Origin: a virus
Virus record (IMG/VR): IMGVR_UViG_3300047160_007578
Location: 66,263-130,262 of that record
DNA: 64,000 bases
Reading direction: 5' to 3' (one strand)
The notes below the pieces were generated by a model. It made no database searches. It saw nothing but the letters and a program-made list of their open reading frames with translations, and had not been told where the DNA came from. Positions 53,437 to 63,991 of this stretch are shown here, piece by piece (position 1 is the first letter of the stretch; each line of letters begins with the position of its first letter). The translations under genes and the position numbers were made by a program.

Positions 53437-56400
53437 TTAGATTATTCTAACACCTTCCATTTCAATCGAAACCTCATATCTTTCACCTTCGTTATCGTAC
53501 TTTGCTCGCGCTGAAAATTCAATGGGATTCGCCGTGAACATCACCTTCCACGTTTCTCCTTGCCAATTTTGCATATCTATCAGATTCGCAATATTGTTGC
53601 TGACAAACGATTCTAACCTAAGTGCCATCGGTCGACCAACTGTGAACTTGTATTGCAATTTCCGTAGACTGTTCTTTTTGGTGTAAGTGTACAATACATT
53701 AGTCATAGATCGTTTCGGTAATACTTTCTGTAACATTGCTTCGCTGTCGCCAAAATCAGGAGTGGGTAATATAATTGATTGTCCAGTCAACGGTGCTGCA
53801 AGAGATACAAATGGACACATTGCTCTCTTAATAAGAACCACATTGAGTTCTGGAATCATTATGGCATTATTACCGTTGTACAATTGTTGCAGATACCCAC
53901 CAACAAGATTAAGATGTTCAGAAATATCCCGAGTGAAAGTCCTAGGAATTAACTCAAGCGATTCGGTTAATACTAAAGTCTCTTGTATTTGATTAATGAT
54001 CACTCGATTATAAGTTCTAGTTTCCGTGAACGTGAAATGTTCACTGATATTTTCTGGCTTACTATTATCAGGTGACGTTACTTCCGAAAATGCAAATGAT
54101 TCATGAATTGTGCGTGTAAATGTTTCTGTAACGAGTCCTTGTCCAGCAGCAACAATTGGACTAAGGAAAGCACGCCCACGACCGTTTCCATCGCCAGTAG
54201 CAAAAGCTACAATTGCAGATAATGTAGCATTACCAACACCAATATTACTTCGAATATCACCAAAGCCTGCTAATTGTATCGCTTGTAATCTTGCAGCCCC
54301 ATGAGGTATTACTGGTTCAAATGCATAGCAAGTGATACGTTTAAGTATCGCATTACCAGTTCCAATTACAGCGATATCACCGGTATTACTTGAGACAATT
54401 TGACCAAGCGTAGCTGCGCCTTTACCGGCTTGTGTATGTCCGACACCGGCAGCAATTATTGATCGTAAATGAGCATTGCCAATTCCTATTACACTAACAT
54501 CACCTGTACTACTTGCAGTAATCGGATGGAAACTAGCAGCAGCAGTACCGATGACACCTATTGAACCTACGCACGAGCTAACATAAATGGCTCCAAACGT
54601 TCCGCGCGAACCAATACCACCATGAGCAGACGCTGTAATATATGCTAATTGTGCTGCACCGGTCCCGATAAGTGATATATCACCAGTTCCTACTGTAACT
54701 TTTATTGGTTGTAATGTACCGCGACCCCATCGAACTCCTGTATTACCATAGGCAATCGCTGTGATGGCACTAAGTGTTGCTGCACCAATTCCGCTGGTAG
54801 GTGTTTGACCGCGAACAGTATCAGATGTAACTGGAGCGTCAGCAAAATGCCTATATGCTATAAGATGAGCAGTTATTGTATCATAAGTATAAGGCGAATC
54901 AGGAAATTGTTGTCTAAGTAGAATTTGATGAATAGTAAATGTATCGGAAATTGTTGGATTATCACTGAATTGAGCAGATGTAGACACTGCTCGAACAAAG
55001 GTATCAGCAGTGCTCGGCGAATCGATTAATGATCTTTCTAACGTTTCAGCAATAGTGAACATATCAGATGTGCTAGGCGTATCACTGAACTGAACGATAT
55101 TTCCAATGTTGATTGTGAATACATCAGACGTTGACGGACTATCATCAAATGTTACATTTATAGCAGACGTGACTACAACGAATGCATCGGATGTACTCGG
55201 TGCATCGCTGAATTGTGCAGATGTAGAGACTGACCGGACAAATGAATCCGTTGTTGAAGGACTGTCTGCTACTGTTCGGTATAAGATCGTGTTTTGAACA
55301 AATAAATCGACTGTACTTGGAACGTCAGAGAATGTTCGGGATTGAATCGTATATTGTATAAATGAATCAACTGTACTTGGAGCATCAGAGAATGTTCGAG
55401 ATTGAATTGTAGTTTGAACAAAGGAATCGACCGTACTCGGAGTATCAGCGGCTTCAACTCTAGATTCGCTAGCAACTTCACCAAACCAATCTCCTACTGT
55501 GCTTGGAGCATCGGAGAATGTTCGTTGCAATTGAAGAGTTCGATTAAATGAATCAACCGTACTTGGAGTATCAGCAGCTTCAACTCTAGATTCACTGGAG
55601 ACTTCACCGAACCAATCTCCAGTTGTAGATGGAGCATCTGCTATTGTTCGTTGCAATTGAAGAGTTCGATTGAATGAATCAACTGTACTTGGGGTATCGA
55701 CAAATGTTCGAGACTGATTAGTAATCACTACAAACGAATCAACTGTACTTGGCGTATCAGAGAACGTTCGGTGATAAATTGCATTTTGGACAAATGAATC
55801 AACTGTACTTGGAGTATCAGAGAATGATCGCGGTTGAAGTGTACTTTCAACAAACGAATCAACTGTACTTGGAGTATCTGCTATTGTTCGCTGTAATTGA
55901 AGAATTCGATTAAACGAATCGACTGTACTTGGTGTATCAGAGAACGTTCCTACTTGATTCGTTTGGTTTGTAAAATTATCAGTTGTGCTTGGAGTATCAG
56001 TAAAAGTTACGTGTTCACTAATCTTCCGAGTAAACGCGTCTGTAGTAGTTGGAGCGTCTGTAAGAGTTCGGAATCGATTAATAGTCCGAGTGAATGCATC
56101 TGTAGTAGTTGGAGCATCTGCTATCGTTCGATGTATTTGGCCGATTCGATTCCACGTATCAGCTTGCGGTGTAGGAGGAGCAAGACCAAGAACAACGTTG
56201 CCAAGATAACTTCTAACTATGCCTAATTGTGCGGTATATACGAGCGTAGTAGGAGCATCTACAAACACTCGCTGCAATTGTTCAATACGGATAAACGAAT
56301 CGGATGTTATTGGAGCATCTGCTATTGTTCGATAATAAGTCGCACCTTGAGCAAATGAATCAGTTGTTACTGGTGCATCGGCTATTGTTCGATAGTAGGA

Positions 56401-56784
56401 ACCATTTACTATGAACGAATCTGAGGTACTTGGCGCATCTGTGAATGTTCGATATTGAATCGTATTTTCTACAAATGAGTCTAAAGTATTTGGAGCATCT
56501 GCTATTGTTCGCAGTGATTGAAGTACCCGATTAAATGAATCAGTTGTTACTGGTGCATCGGCTATTGTTTGCAAAAACGTTCGTGTTAATATATCAGAAG
56601 TACTTGGACTATCAGCAAAAGACCGATATAAACTGATACCTCGAACAAATGTGTCGGCTGTCGCTGGTGTATCAGTAAAGGATCGATTCTTGACAACGAA
56701 TTGAGTAAATACGTCGCACAAGATTATAGGATAAAGTGGTGTAGATATTGGAGTAAAAGATATAGGACCGTATGAGATTGGCAT
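53437..56784 (-). CDS. repeat-rich virion fibre/structural protein
   Basis: About 30 20-aa repeats RT(I/F)(A/S)D.P.T.D.F, then G.A.L..I repeats and the shared C domain. Confidence 0.75.
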   Translation of the reverse strand: MPISYGPISFTPISTPLYPIILCDVFTQFVVKNRSFTDTPATADTFVRGISLYRSFADSPSTSDILTRTFLQTIADAPVTTDSFNRVLQSLRTIADAPNTLDSFVENTIQYRTFTDAPSTSDSFIVNGSYYRTIADAPVTTDSFAQGATYYRTIADAPITSDSFIRIEQLQRVFVDAPTTLVYTAQLGIVRSYLGNVVLGLAPPTPQADTWNRIGQIHRTIADAPTTTDAFTRTINRFRTLTDAPTTTDAFTRKISEHVTFTDTPSTTDNFTNQTNQVGTFSDTPSTVDSFNRILQLQRTIADTPSTVDSFVESTLQPRSFSDTPSTVDSFVQNAIYHRTFSDTPSTVDSFVVITNQSRTFVDTPSTVDSFNRTLQLQRTIADAPSTTGDWFGEVSSESRVEAADTPSTVDSFNRTLQLQRTFSDAPSTVGDWFGEVASESRVEAADTPSTVDSFVQTTIQSRTFSDAPSTVDSFIQYTIQSRTFSDVPSTVDLFVQNTILYRTVADSPSTTDSFVRSVSTSAQFSDAPSTSDAFVVVTSAINVTFDDSPSTSDVFTINIGNIVQFSDTPSTSDMFTIAETLERSLIDSPSTADTFVRAVSTSAQFSDNPTISDTFTIHQILLRQQFPDSPYTYDTITAHLIAYRHFADAPVTSDTVRGQTPTSGIGAATLSAITAIAYGNTGVRWGRGTLQPIKVTVGTGDISLIGTGAAQLAYITASAHGGIGSRGTFGAIYVSSCVGSIGVIGTAAASFHPITASSTGDVSVIGIGNAHLRSIIAAGVGHTQAGKGAATLGQIVSSNTGDIAVIGTGNAILKRITCYAFEPVIPHGAARLQAIQLAGFGDIRSNIGVGNATLSAIVAFATGDGNGRGRAFLSPIVAAGQGLVTETFTRTIHESFAFSEVTSPDNSKPENISEHFTFTETRTYNRVIINQIQETLVLTESLELIPRTFTRDISEHLNLVGGYLQQLYNGNNAIMIPELNVVLIKRAMCPFVSLAAPLTGQSIILPTPDFGDSEAMLQKVLPKRSMTNVLYTYTKKNSLRKLQYKFTVGRPMALRLESFVSNNIANLIDMQNWQGETWKVMFTANPIEFSARAKYDNEGERYEVSIEMEGVRII
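54830..56690 (-). repeat. 60-bp coding tandem repeats
   Basis: Recurrent GAATCAACTGTACTTGG.GTATC at 60-bp period, clearest at 55300-55950. Confidence 0.85.
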
Positions 56785-56818
56785 TATCTGTGTTCCTTAA
56801 ATGATTATTAATCCTTTC

Positions 56819-56992
56819 TTAACTGTGAGTTCCACACGTAGTTGGATTGTCAATGAAAGATACATTTGTTACCTTAATTGTAGTTATATTGTCAGTTGTA
56901 CTCGGACTATCAGAAGTTGTACGTGTGGTAATTATAGGATAAATTGGCGTTGAAATCGGAGTAAAAGATAAAGGACCGCATGCAATTGGCAT
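56819..56992 (-). pseudogene. truncated duplicate of the N terminus of 53437-56784
   Basis: MPIACGPLSFTPISTPIYPII versus MPISYGPISFTPISTPLYPII; identical AGGAACAGATA RBS; 57 aa. Confidence 0.65.
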
Positions 56993-57010
56993 TATCTGTT
57001 CCTCAAATAA

Positions 57011-58378
57011 TTACAGACTTGCCTGTGTCACTATTGCCGCACCACCTGCAGTACCAGCGGTACCAGAAACAGTTGTTCCGTTATTTCCTGCTCCACCTAC
57101 TGTTATAGTAACCGTATTTTTGCTCAAATTAATCAAGGTTATTCTACCACCATCGCCAGAAGCACCACCTTGACCGCCGGTCGCTGTTGTAGCAGTGGAT
57201 GAGGCGTTAGCACCATTACCACCAGCCCCACTCGAAGTATCGAAGCAATTGGTAGCTGTCGTACCTAACAGTGCTTGATAAGCAACATAAATCCAACCGC
57301 CACCACCACCACCCCCTCCAGCGCCTCCACCAAAATTTCCCGAAGTCGCGTTTGTGGACCCGTTGCCACCTGTTCCACCTTTTGCTACAATAGCACCTGC
57401 TGCCGTAGACCCTGAACGATTAATAATCCGAGCGTAAATTGCGACAATCCCACCCCCGACACCGCCTCCGCCACTTGCTCCACCAACAACAGCACCACTG
57501 CCGCCGGCTGCTCCACCGCTACTGCCACCAACACCACCAGAAATATACACATTACCAAAAATTAAACTGTCATCATATCTTCGCATCGGTGCAATGGTTA
57601 TTGTGCCAACAACACCACCGGCACCACCGGCGTTTGTTGAAGACCCACCTTGACCGCCATTGCCGCCGCGACCTCCATTATAAAAACCTGGTATCGAAGC
57701 AGCTACTCCAGCACCACCAACACCTGTTCCTGCATTTACACCAGCAGCGCCACTTCCACCCCCGCCGACACTGTTGATTGCAGTTGCAGAATAATTTGCA
57801 GCTGCGCCACCATTTGGTTGAGCAGCATTATTTCCATTGTAAACGGATACTTGTATTGCACCAGCTTGAGCAGCTGATATATCAAGTACATCACTGACAA
57901 ATATGCTCCAACCGTTTGTGTTAATATATCCAGTTCCAGAAATTGTAAGATTTCGACAATACAAATCAGCCGTTAAAGTTAACGCACTGCCTGAAGATGT
58001 AATCGTAACATCAGTATTATTATTACCATCACCAAAAAAGAACAAGTCTAATGCATTAATTTCTGTCGAATCAGCTACAAAATCAACGTATTTCATTTCC
58101 GGACCGAAATTAATAAGATTATTAGAATTACTACTTGCAACCACAACGTCTCTAGTAAGAGTAGTATTACCTGGACTATTATAAGTATAAGTTCCTGTAC
58201 CAACTTCATAAGGTCCTATTGGTTTCCCAGCAGTATCAACCATATAAATTATATACTTTACTCTCCCACTTGTGTTTACAAATGAAAACGGTATAAAACC
58301 AGAAGAAAATGATGCTAATGTAAGTGAACCTGTTCCCCCACTTGTGGTATATTCTCTTGTCCAATTGCTAAAAATCAT
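57011..58378 (-). CDS. glycine-rich tail fibre-like protein 3
   Basis: RE.TTSGTG.L.L N terminus, EVG.GTY and poly-Gly repeats. Confidence 0.75.
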   Translation of the reverse strand: MIFSNWTREYTTSGGTGSLTLASFSSGFIPFSFVNTSGRVKYIIYMVDTAGKPIGPYEVGTGTYTYNSPGNTTLTRDVVVASSNSNNLINFGPEMKYVDFVADSTEINALDLFFFGDGNNNTDVTITSSGSALTLTADLYCRNLTISGTGYINTNGWSIFVSDVLDISAAQAGAIQVSVYNGNNAAQPNGGAAANYSATAINSVGGGGSGAAGVNAGTGVGGAGVAASIPGFYNGGRGGNGGQGGSSTNAGGAGGVVGTITIAPMRRYDDSLIFGNVYISGGVGGSSGGAAGGSGAVVGGASGGGGVGGGIVAIYARIINRSGSTAAGAIVAKGGTGGNGSTNATSGNFGGGAGGGGGGGGWIYVAYQALLGTTATNCFDTSSGAGGNGANASSTATTATGGQGGASGDGGRITLINLSKNTVTITVGGAGNNGTTVSGTAGTAGGAAIVTQASL

Positions 58379-58387
58379 ATTCGACTC

Positions 58388-59758
58388 CTACAAACTTACT
58401 TGTACAGTAACTGCAGCCCCACCAGTACCACCGGTACCACCAGATTGAGCACTTCCTGCATTTCCTGATCCGCCTATTGTTTCACTTACTGTACCTTTAC
58501 CGAGATTAATAATCGTTATTCTACCACCATCACCAGAAGAACCGCCTTGGCCACCAGTTGATGCTCCTGTGGTTCCATAATTGCCACCGTTACCACCTTT
58601 ACCACTCGAAGCATCTAAACACGAACCACCTGTTACGCCCATCAACATTTGATAAAGAATATAAATCCAACCGCCACCGCCACCGCCTCCACCGCCACCC
58701 CCACCAAGAGCCCCGGAAGAGCCCGGAGTAGAACCATTTCCTCCATTTCCACCTATCGCTTGAATTGCGCTAACAGCCGTGCCGCCACTTCTTTTGATTA
58801 TCCTTGCATAGATGGCACACACAGTGCCACCGGCTCCGCCACCACCACCTGCGCCGCCAACAGTAGAACCATTACCTCCACCAGCAGCCCCACTCGCTCC
58901 ACCCCCACCACCAAAAATAAGATTTGGTCCAACATTGAGACTGAACCGAGGCTTTCTTACTGAACAAGGAACTATTGTTGGAGCAGTTCCACCAGAGGCA
59001 AAGCTACCGGCAACACTTCCCACGCCACCGTTTCCACCATTTCCACCTTTACCACCGATAAATACACCGGCACCGGACGAAGGGTTGCCAACTGCGCCGC
59101 CTGTGGCAGATACAGAATTTGGACCAGCTACCCCTGTTCCTCCAAAACCAGCAGACTGAGGCACTACAGGGTAAGCTGCAGCTGTTCCACCATTAGGTTG
59201 AATAGCATTTAATCCCGGTATAGATGGCATACTTATTGCATTCGCACCAGCAAGTGATATATCAAGTGTATCACTAACATACAAGCTAAAGCCGTTCAGA
59301 TTAAGTTGACCTGTGCCAGAAATTGTAAGATTTCGATAAGCTGCATCACTGGCTAATTGTATTGTGCCTGAACTTATCGTTGAATCACCAAGGACACTAT
59401 CACAGAACATAGATACATTCAAAGCGTTAAATTCCGATGCATCTGCTATGATATCTATGTATTTTGTCCCTGTACCGAAACTGACAGCCGTACCTACACC
59501 AGCACTACTTACAATCACGGAGTCTCTACTAAGTGTCGGACTGCCAGAGTTCCAATTATAAGTTCCAAGACCAACCTCGAAATTTCCCGTTAAATTACCA
59601 GCTGAAATACTATCAACTTCGTAGGCTGAGTATTTAACTCTAGCTGTTGTACCGTAGAAGCTGTGAAGGGATTGAAACCCGGTAACTGCACCTAATAGTG
59701 AAAGCGTACCACTACCACTTGTGGTTGTAGATTCTCGTACAAAATCACCAAAAAGCAT
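58388..59758 (-). CDS. glycine-rich tail fibre-like protein 2
   Basis: Colinear paralog of its neighbours. Confidence 0.75.
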   Translation of the reverse strand: MLFGDFVRESTTTSGSGTLSLLGAVTGFQSLHSFYGTTARVKYSAYEVDSISAGNLTGNFEVGLGTYNWNSGSPTLSRDSVIVSSAGVGTAVSFGTGTKYIDIIADASEFNALNVSMFCDSVLGDSTISSGTIQLASDAAYRNLTISGTGQLNLNGFSLYVSDTLDISLAGANAISMPSIPGLNAIQPNGGTAAAYPVVPQSAGFGGTGVAGPNSVSATGGAVGNPSSGAGVFIGGKGGNGGNGGVGSVAGSFASGGTAPTIVPCSVRKPRFSLNVGPNLIFGGGGGASGAAGGGNGSTVGGAGGGGGAGGTVCAIYARIIKRSGGTAVSAIQAIGGNGGNGSTPGSSGALGGGGGGGGGGGGWIYILYQMLMGVTGGSCLDASSGKGGNGGNYGTTGASTGGQGGSSGDGGRITIINLGKGTVSETIGGSGNAGSAQSGGTGGTGGAAVTVQVSL

Positions 59759-59784
59759 ATCTTATCTCCCTCTAAGATTATTAA

Positions 59785-61188
59785 TCAAAGGTTCAATTGG
59801 TATGTATATGCCGCTCCAGCGGTTCCACCCGCACCATTGTTTCCGCTACCAGGTGATCCACCAGTACTTCCTGCTGTATTACCCTGATAAGTAGCAACTG
59901 TACTTGCACCCATATTAACCAAAGTCATAGCACCACCCCCGCCACCTTGACCACCAAATCCACCAGTGTTTGGACCCGTTGAGCCAGTTGCAGCTGCATT
60001 ACCACCGACACCACCGGTACCACCTGATGTATCAAGACAGTTTGTAGCGGTCGAACCTTGCAATATCTGAAATGCAAGATAAATCCAACCACCAGCACCG
60101 CCAGCGCCGCCACCGCCGCCGCCAACATTGCCAGTGCCAGTTGGCTGAGCACCCGCTCCACCTGTCCCACCTTTTGCAGAAATAGCGCCAGCGGCTGTAC
60201 TTGGACCGCGATTAATAATCCGAGCAATAATGGCAAGAACATTACCACCTGCTCCACCGCCTCCGCCTGCTCCACCTTTGACTGAAGGATTAGCTCCAGC
60301 ACTACCACCACCGCCGCCACCTACACCACCAAGGATAAGATTTACTCCTAAGGTGAGCGAATCCTTGTGTTTTGATGCGAAGTCAGTTGTGAAGAATCCA
60401 GTCAAAGCCCCACCAGCACCACCGTTATAAGTAGTACCAGCAGAACCGTGTCCCCCTGTTCCTCCGGTTCCACTCATCCAACCGCCGTTATTGCAATATC
60501 CAGCCGATACATTGCCTGCGGCTACTCCACCGTTAATAGTACCGCTAGCACCCGCTCCACCCGGACTCCCCCAGCCAAGTGTTGCTGGTGCTGTTGGATA
60601 AGTAGTAGCTGCTCCACCAGTTCCGGCAGGAACTCCAGCGTTTCCGTTAATTGGAATAGAAGTTATTGCATTCGCAGGGGCATTCGTTATATCGAGCATA
60701 TCACTGACATAGATCATAAATCCATTTACGTTTATTTGACCAGTACCAGAAATTGTAAGATTTTGATAATACATATTTCGAGTTAGAGTAGTTGTACCGG
60801 AACTGATTGTGACATTACCGTCACCGCCATCACCAAAAAGATAAGAGCTTAAGGCATTAAATTCGGATGAATCTGATACAATTTCTACTACATGTGTTCC
60901 AGATATCAAAGAAACAAGACTACCACTATTACTACTTGCAAGCACAGTATCACGACTAAGTGTTGGGCCAGTGGAATTATAAGTTCCAAATCCAACCTCA
61001 AAATCTCCTGTTGGCCTGTTAAAATTATCAACCGAATAAATAGAATATTTTACTCTTGCACCACTCGGAACACCTGCTGTTCCAAAAGATCGGCAACACC
61101 CTAGAAAATTGCTGAGACCTGCAAGTGTAACTGTACCAGTTCCAGTGGTGTAAGTGGCATCCCTCACTGAATCATAAGACAGTATCAT
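59785..61188 (-). CDS. glycine-rich tail fibre-like protein 1
   Basis: Colinear paralog, FGDGGDGNVTI...NLTISGTG. Confidence 0.75.
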   Translation of the reverse strand: MILSYDSVRDATYTTGTGTVTLAGLSNFLGCCRSFGTAGVPSGARVKYSIYSVDNFNRPTGDFEVGFGTYNSTGPTLSRDTVLASSNSGSLVSLISGTHVVEIVSDSSEFNALSSYLFGDGGDGNVTISSGTTTLTRNMYYQNLTISGTGQINVNGFMIYVSDMLDITNAPANAITSIPINGNAGVPAGTGGAATTYPTAPATLGWGSPGGAGASGTINGGVAAGNVSAGYCNNGGWMSGTGGTGGHGSAGTTYNGGAGGALTGFFTTDFASKHKDSLTLGVNLILGGVGGGGGGSAGANPSVKGGAGGGGGAGGNVLAIIARIINRGPSTAAGAISAKGGTGGAGAQPTGTGNVGGGGGGAGGAGGWIYLAFQILQGSTATNCLDTSGGTGGVGGNAAATGSTGPNTGGFGGQGGGGGAMTLVNMGASTVATYQGNTAGSTGGSPGSGNNGAGGTAGAAYTYQLNL

Positions 61189-61211
61189 AGTAACCTCCTA
61201 TTGTTTTCTGA

Positions 61212-61520
61212 TTAATAATCATCCTTGGTGACAGGAGCGTCTCCAATCGAAGCCTTAGTATGCTCAGGATTGGGCTTCAGTGGAACTGACTTTGGGACGT
61301 ACTTTTCAACGTCCTTGGCCGTAAGTCCAAGTTCCTTCAAGCGGGACGATGACGCGTCAGCGAGAACTTCCCAATTCTTGGGGTCGAGTTCCTTTGCCCC
61401 TTTGGCATTGAATTTAACGCCACAGCCGCACACGCAGCAAGCGTGTGGAACAGTGTTATCCCCTGCGTATTCACCCCTGTGCAGGTGTCCGCAGTTCATA
61501 CATCGGAAAGCAACAGCCAT
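61212..61520 (-). CDS. zinc-ribbon protein
   Basis: CMNCGH...PHACCVCG. Confidence 0.7.
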   Translation of the reverse strand: MAVAFRCMNCGHLHRGEYAGDNTVPHACCVCGCGVKFNAKGAKELDPKNWEVLADASSSRLKELGLTAKDVEKYVPKSVPLKPNPEHTKASIGDAPVTKDDY

Positions 61521-61529
61521 GACAGTCTC

Positions 61530-63104
61530 CTAGATTATTCTTACACCAGTAAATTCAAGATCGACTTCGTATCTTTCGCCTTCATTCAAAAATAGTGACC
61601 GAGCCGTGAATGTGACTGGATTATTCGTTATCATGATCTTCCAAATTTCTCCCCGCCAATTTTGCATATCTATTACATTAGCGATATTGTCAGCTAAAAA
61701 TGTTTCCAATCTCAGAGCCATTGGTCGTCCAATGACAAATCGATACATTAGTTTTTGTAGACTATTCTTCTTTGCATATGTGTACAATACATTAGTCATT
61801 GATCGTTTCGGTATATGTCGTTGTTGATAATCTTCGGTATCACCAAACTCAGGTGTAGGTAATACAATCGACTGACCAGTTGCCGGCGCCGCTAATGATA
61901 CAAATTGACACGTTCTCGTTGACACTAGAGAGTAGAACACTTCGGGAAGTGATATTACAGTGGTGCCGATATTAGATGGACGGAATGAGCCACCAATAAG
62001 ATTGAGATTTTCCGAAATATTCCGAACATAATGATTATTAATCGTTGCCAACGTTTCAGTTAATTGTAACTGTTCTTGGATACTATTGTTTCTGATCTTT
62101 GTTAATGACCGTGTTTCAAGGAATGCGACATGCTCATTTACATTCCTGGGTCTAAAATGTTCCATTGTAATGGTTTCAACAAGATGAATGCTCCAATCAT
62201 CGGTAATAGGCAAATAGAAAATCTCTTCAACAATACCACTTGCCGCCATCCGTATCGGCTGTAAAATACCATTACCTCGACCTTTATGATCAAAGGTCGC
62301 ATAAGCTTTCATACCTGTTGCGCCTACTGTGGCATGACCAACACCGATATGACTATGAGTATTACCAAATGCGGCAAGAACTATTCGCTTTAGTGTACCG
62401 GAAGCCGCACCACCAGGAAGGGCGTTTGCAAACGCTTGAACTCTAGAAAGTGTAGCGTTACCGACTCCAACCATCGCATGTGTAGCAACAGCTGCGGCTC
62501 GTATCCTTTGAAGACTAGATGAGCCACGACCTTCACCGTTATCTCCGCTACCACTTGCTGTTATTCTCTTGAGAATCGCAGCGCCGGTACCATTTTTTAC
62601 TTTATGTCCAGAACCACTAGCTGTTATCCTTTTAAGAGTCGCAGCACCATGACCGGTTCTAGCAAATCCACCAACACCAGCTGCTCTAATTTTGGAAAGA
62701 GTACCAGCACCGATACCACTCTCAACAAAAGCGAAACCTGTAATTCTTTGGAGTGTTGCCGCTCCAGTACCTATCACTGCAAGTGCAGCAGACGCACTGG
62801 CAGTAATTCTTTGAAGATTAGGATTACCATACGCGGCACCAGTAGAACCGTGGGCACTTGCCGTGATTCTGGAGAGTGAAGCAGCACCAGTACCCGTAAC
62901 AGTTATTGCACCAGTACCAGTGGTAACAATTATTGCTTGAAGAGTACCCGCACCATAACCATGTCGTACTGTTGTACCGCTACCAGATGCTGTGATTTGT
63001 CCAAGTGTTGCTGCACCAAGACCAGCACTGGTAGAAGCACCATGACCAAGGACAATATTACCAAGATAACTATCGCTTGTACCTAGCTGTCCGGTAAAAG
63101 CCAT
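61530..63104 (-). CDS. repeat-containing virion protein
   Basis: G.G.A.L.RITASG repeats and a C domain highly similar to 53437-56784. Confidence 0.75.
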   Translation of the reverse strand: MAFTGQLGTSDSYLGNIVLGHGASTSAGLGAATLGQITASGSGTTVRHGYGAGTLQAIIVTTGTGAITVTGTGAASLSRITASAHGSTGAAYGNPNLQRITASASAALAVIGTGAATLQRITGFAFVESGIGAGTLSKIRAAGVGGFARTGHGAATLKRITASGSGHKVKNGTGAAILKRITASGSGDNGEGRGSSSLQRIRAAAVATHAMVGVGNATLSRVQAFANALPGGAASGTLKRIVLAAFGNTHSHIGVGHATVGATGMKAYATFDHKGRGNGILQPIRMAASGIVEEIFYLPITDDWSIHLVETITMEHFRPRNVNEHVAFLETRSLTKIRNNSIQEQLQLTETLATINNHYVRNISENLNLIGGSFRPSNIGTTVISLPEVFYSLVSTRTCQFVSLAAPATGQSIVLPTPEFGDTEDYQQRHIPKRSMTNVLYTYAKKNSLQKLMYRFVIGRPMALRLETFLADNIANVIDMQNWRGEIWKIMITNNPVTFTARSLFLNEGERYEVDLEFTGVRII

Positions 63105-63193
63105 ATTTATTCCCTTTCGTTACTTTTACTCCTTTCCTGATTATTGATCAAGATTCCTATTATCATCCGATAACTATTAGCAGCCAGTGATTA

Positions 63194-63991
63194 TCAACCA
63201 GAGAGTGTGCCAGTCCAGGTGACAGTGAGTGTGTCGCCATTACCAACTGTCGCGTCCTGATTCAAGACGCCTTCATAGATCATCGGGTCAGCGCCGGCGG
63301 CTGTGAGGCACGTGAACAGACCTGCCTTGTGAATAGCAGTAAAGGAACTTGTAATCGAGAACACGACTTGAAGCGTAACCGTATTGGTTCCGAATGTGTG
63401 GGCGTATGTCGCGAGTGATCGAGCAGCGCCACCGGAAGTGATTTCGGAAGCGAGTGTCGTATCAGACGCAGATGCCGCCGTTGCGCTGGTGGTCAGTGCC
63501 ATGAATCGAATGTTACCACTGCCGGGTGCAACGAGAAGTCCATTGCCCGAAGCCGGTGTTGTACCAGTGGTATCATTGACGTTCCACCATTTGTCGATGG
63601 TGATGATACTGGTCGTATTGGAAACGATATTACCGTAAACCGGCGCCGTCGTGAGACCGGTAACTGGCATCATCACACGCTGTCCAGCCAAACCAAGCTG
63701 AGGCGTAGCAAGGTTACTAGCCGTCAACGGAGTGCCGGTCACAGTGACGCTTGTCGCTGATATGGCGGTTGATGGTGATGCTGTTGTGACACCGCCACCG
63801 ATGAATCCCCACTGTCCTGCCCACCAATCACGGCCGATGTTGGTAAGCAAGTTGAAGGAAACACCGAGGTCGGTGATAGTCAGGTCTGGATGGCGAATGA
63901 ATGCGTGGATGGAATTGGGACCGCAGCGAATCTTCCGGAATGGTACCGGATTATTCCCACGGTAGATATCGAGCCGAAGACCTTCCTTCAT
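63194..63991 (-). CDS. virion structural / tail-associated protein
   Basis: NLLTNIGRD, A.DTTLASEI and GDTLTVTW motifs. Confidence 0.7.
   Translation of the reverse strand: MKEGLRLDIYRGNNPVPFRKIRCGPNSIHAFIRHPDLTITDLGVSFNLLTNIGRDWWAGQWGFIGGGVTTASPSTAISATSVTVTGTPLTASNLATPQLGLAGQRVMMPVTGLTTAPVYGNIVSNTTSIITIDKWWNVNDTTGTTPASGNGLLVAPGSGNIRFMALTTSATAASASDTTLASEITSGGAARSLATYAHTFGTNTVTLQVVFSITSSFTAIHKAGLFTCLTAAGADPMIYEGVLNQDATVGNGDTLTVTWTGTLSG

Noticed and set aside
53437-61900. Diversity-generating retroelement suggested by the duplicated C-terminal coding segments
   Set aside because: No reverse transcriptase in the window, both copies are in intact genes, and the differences are not adenine-specific.
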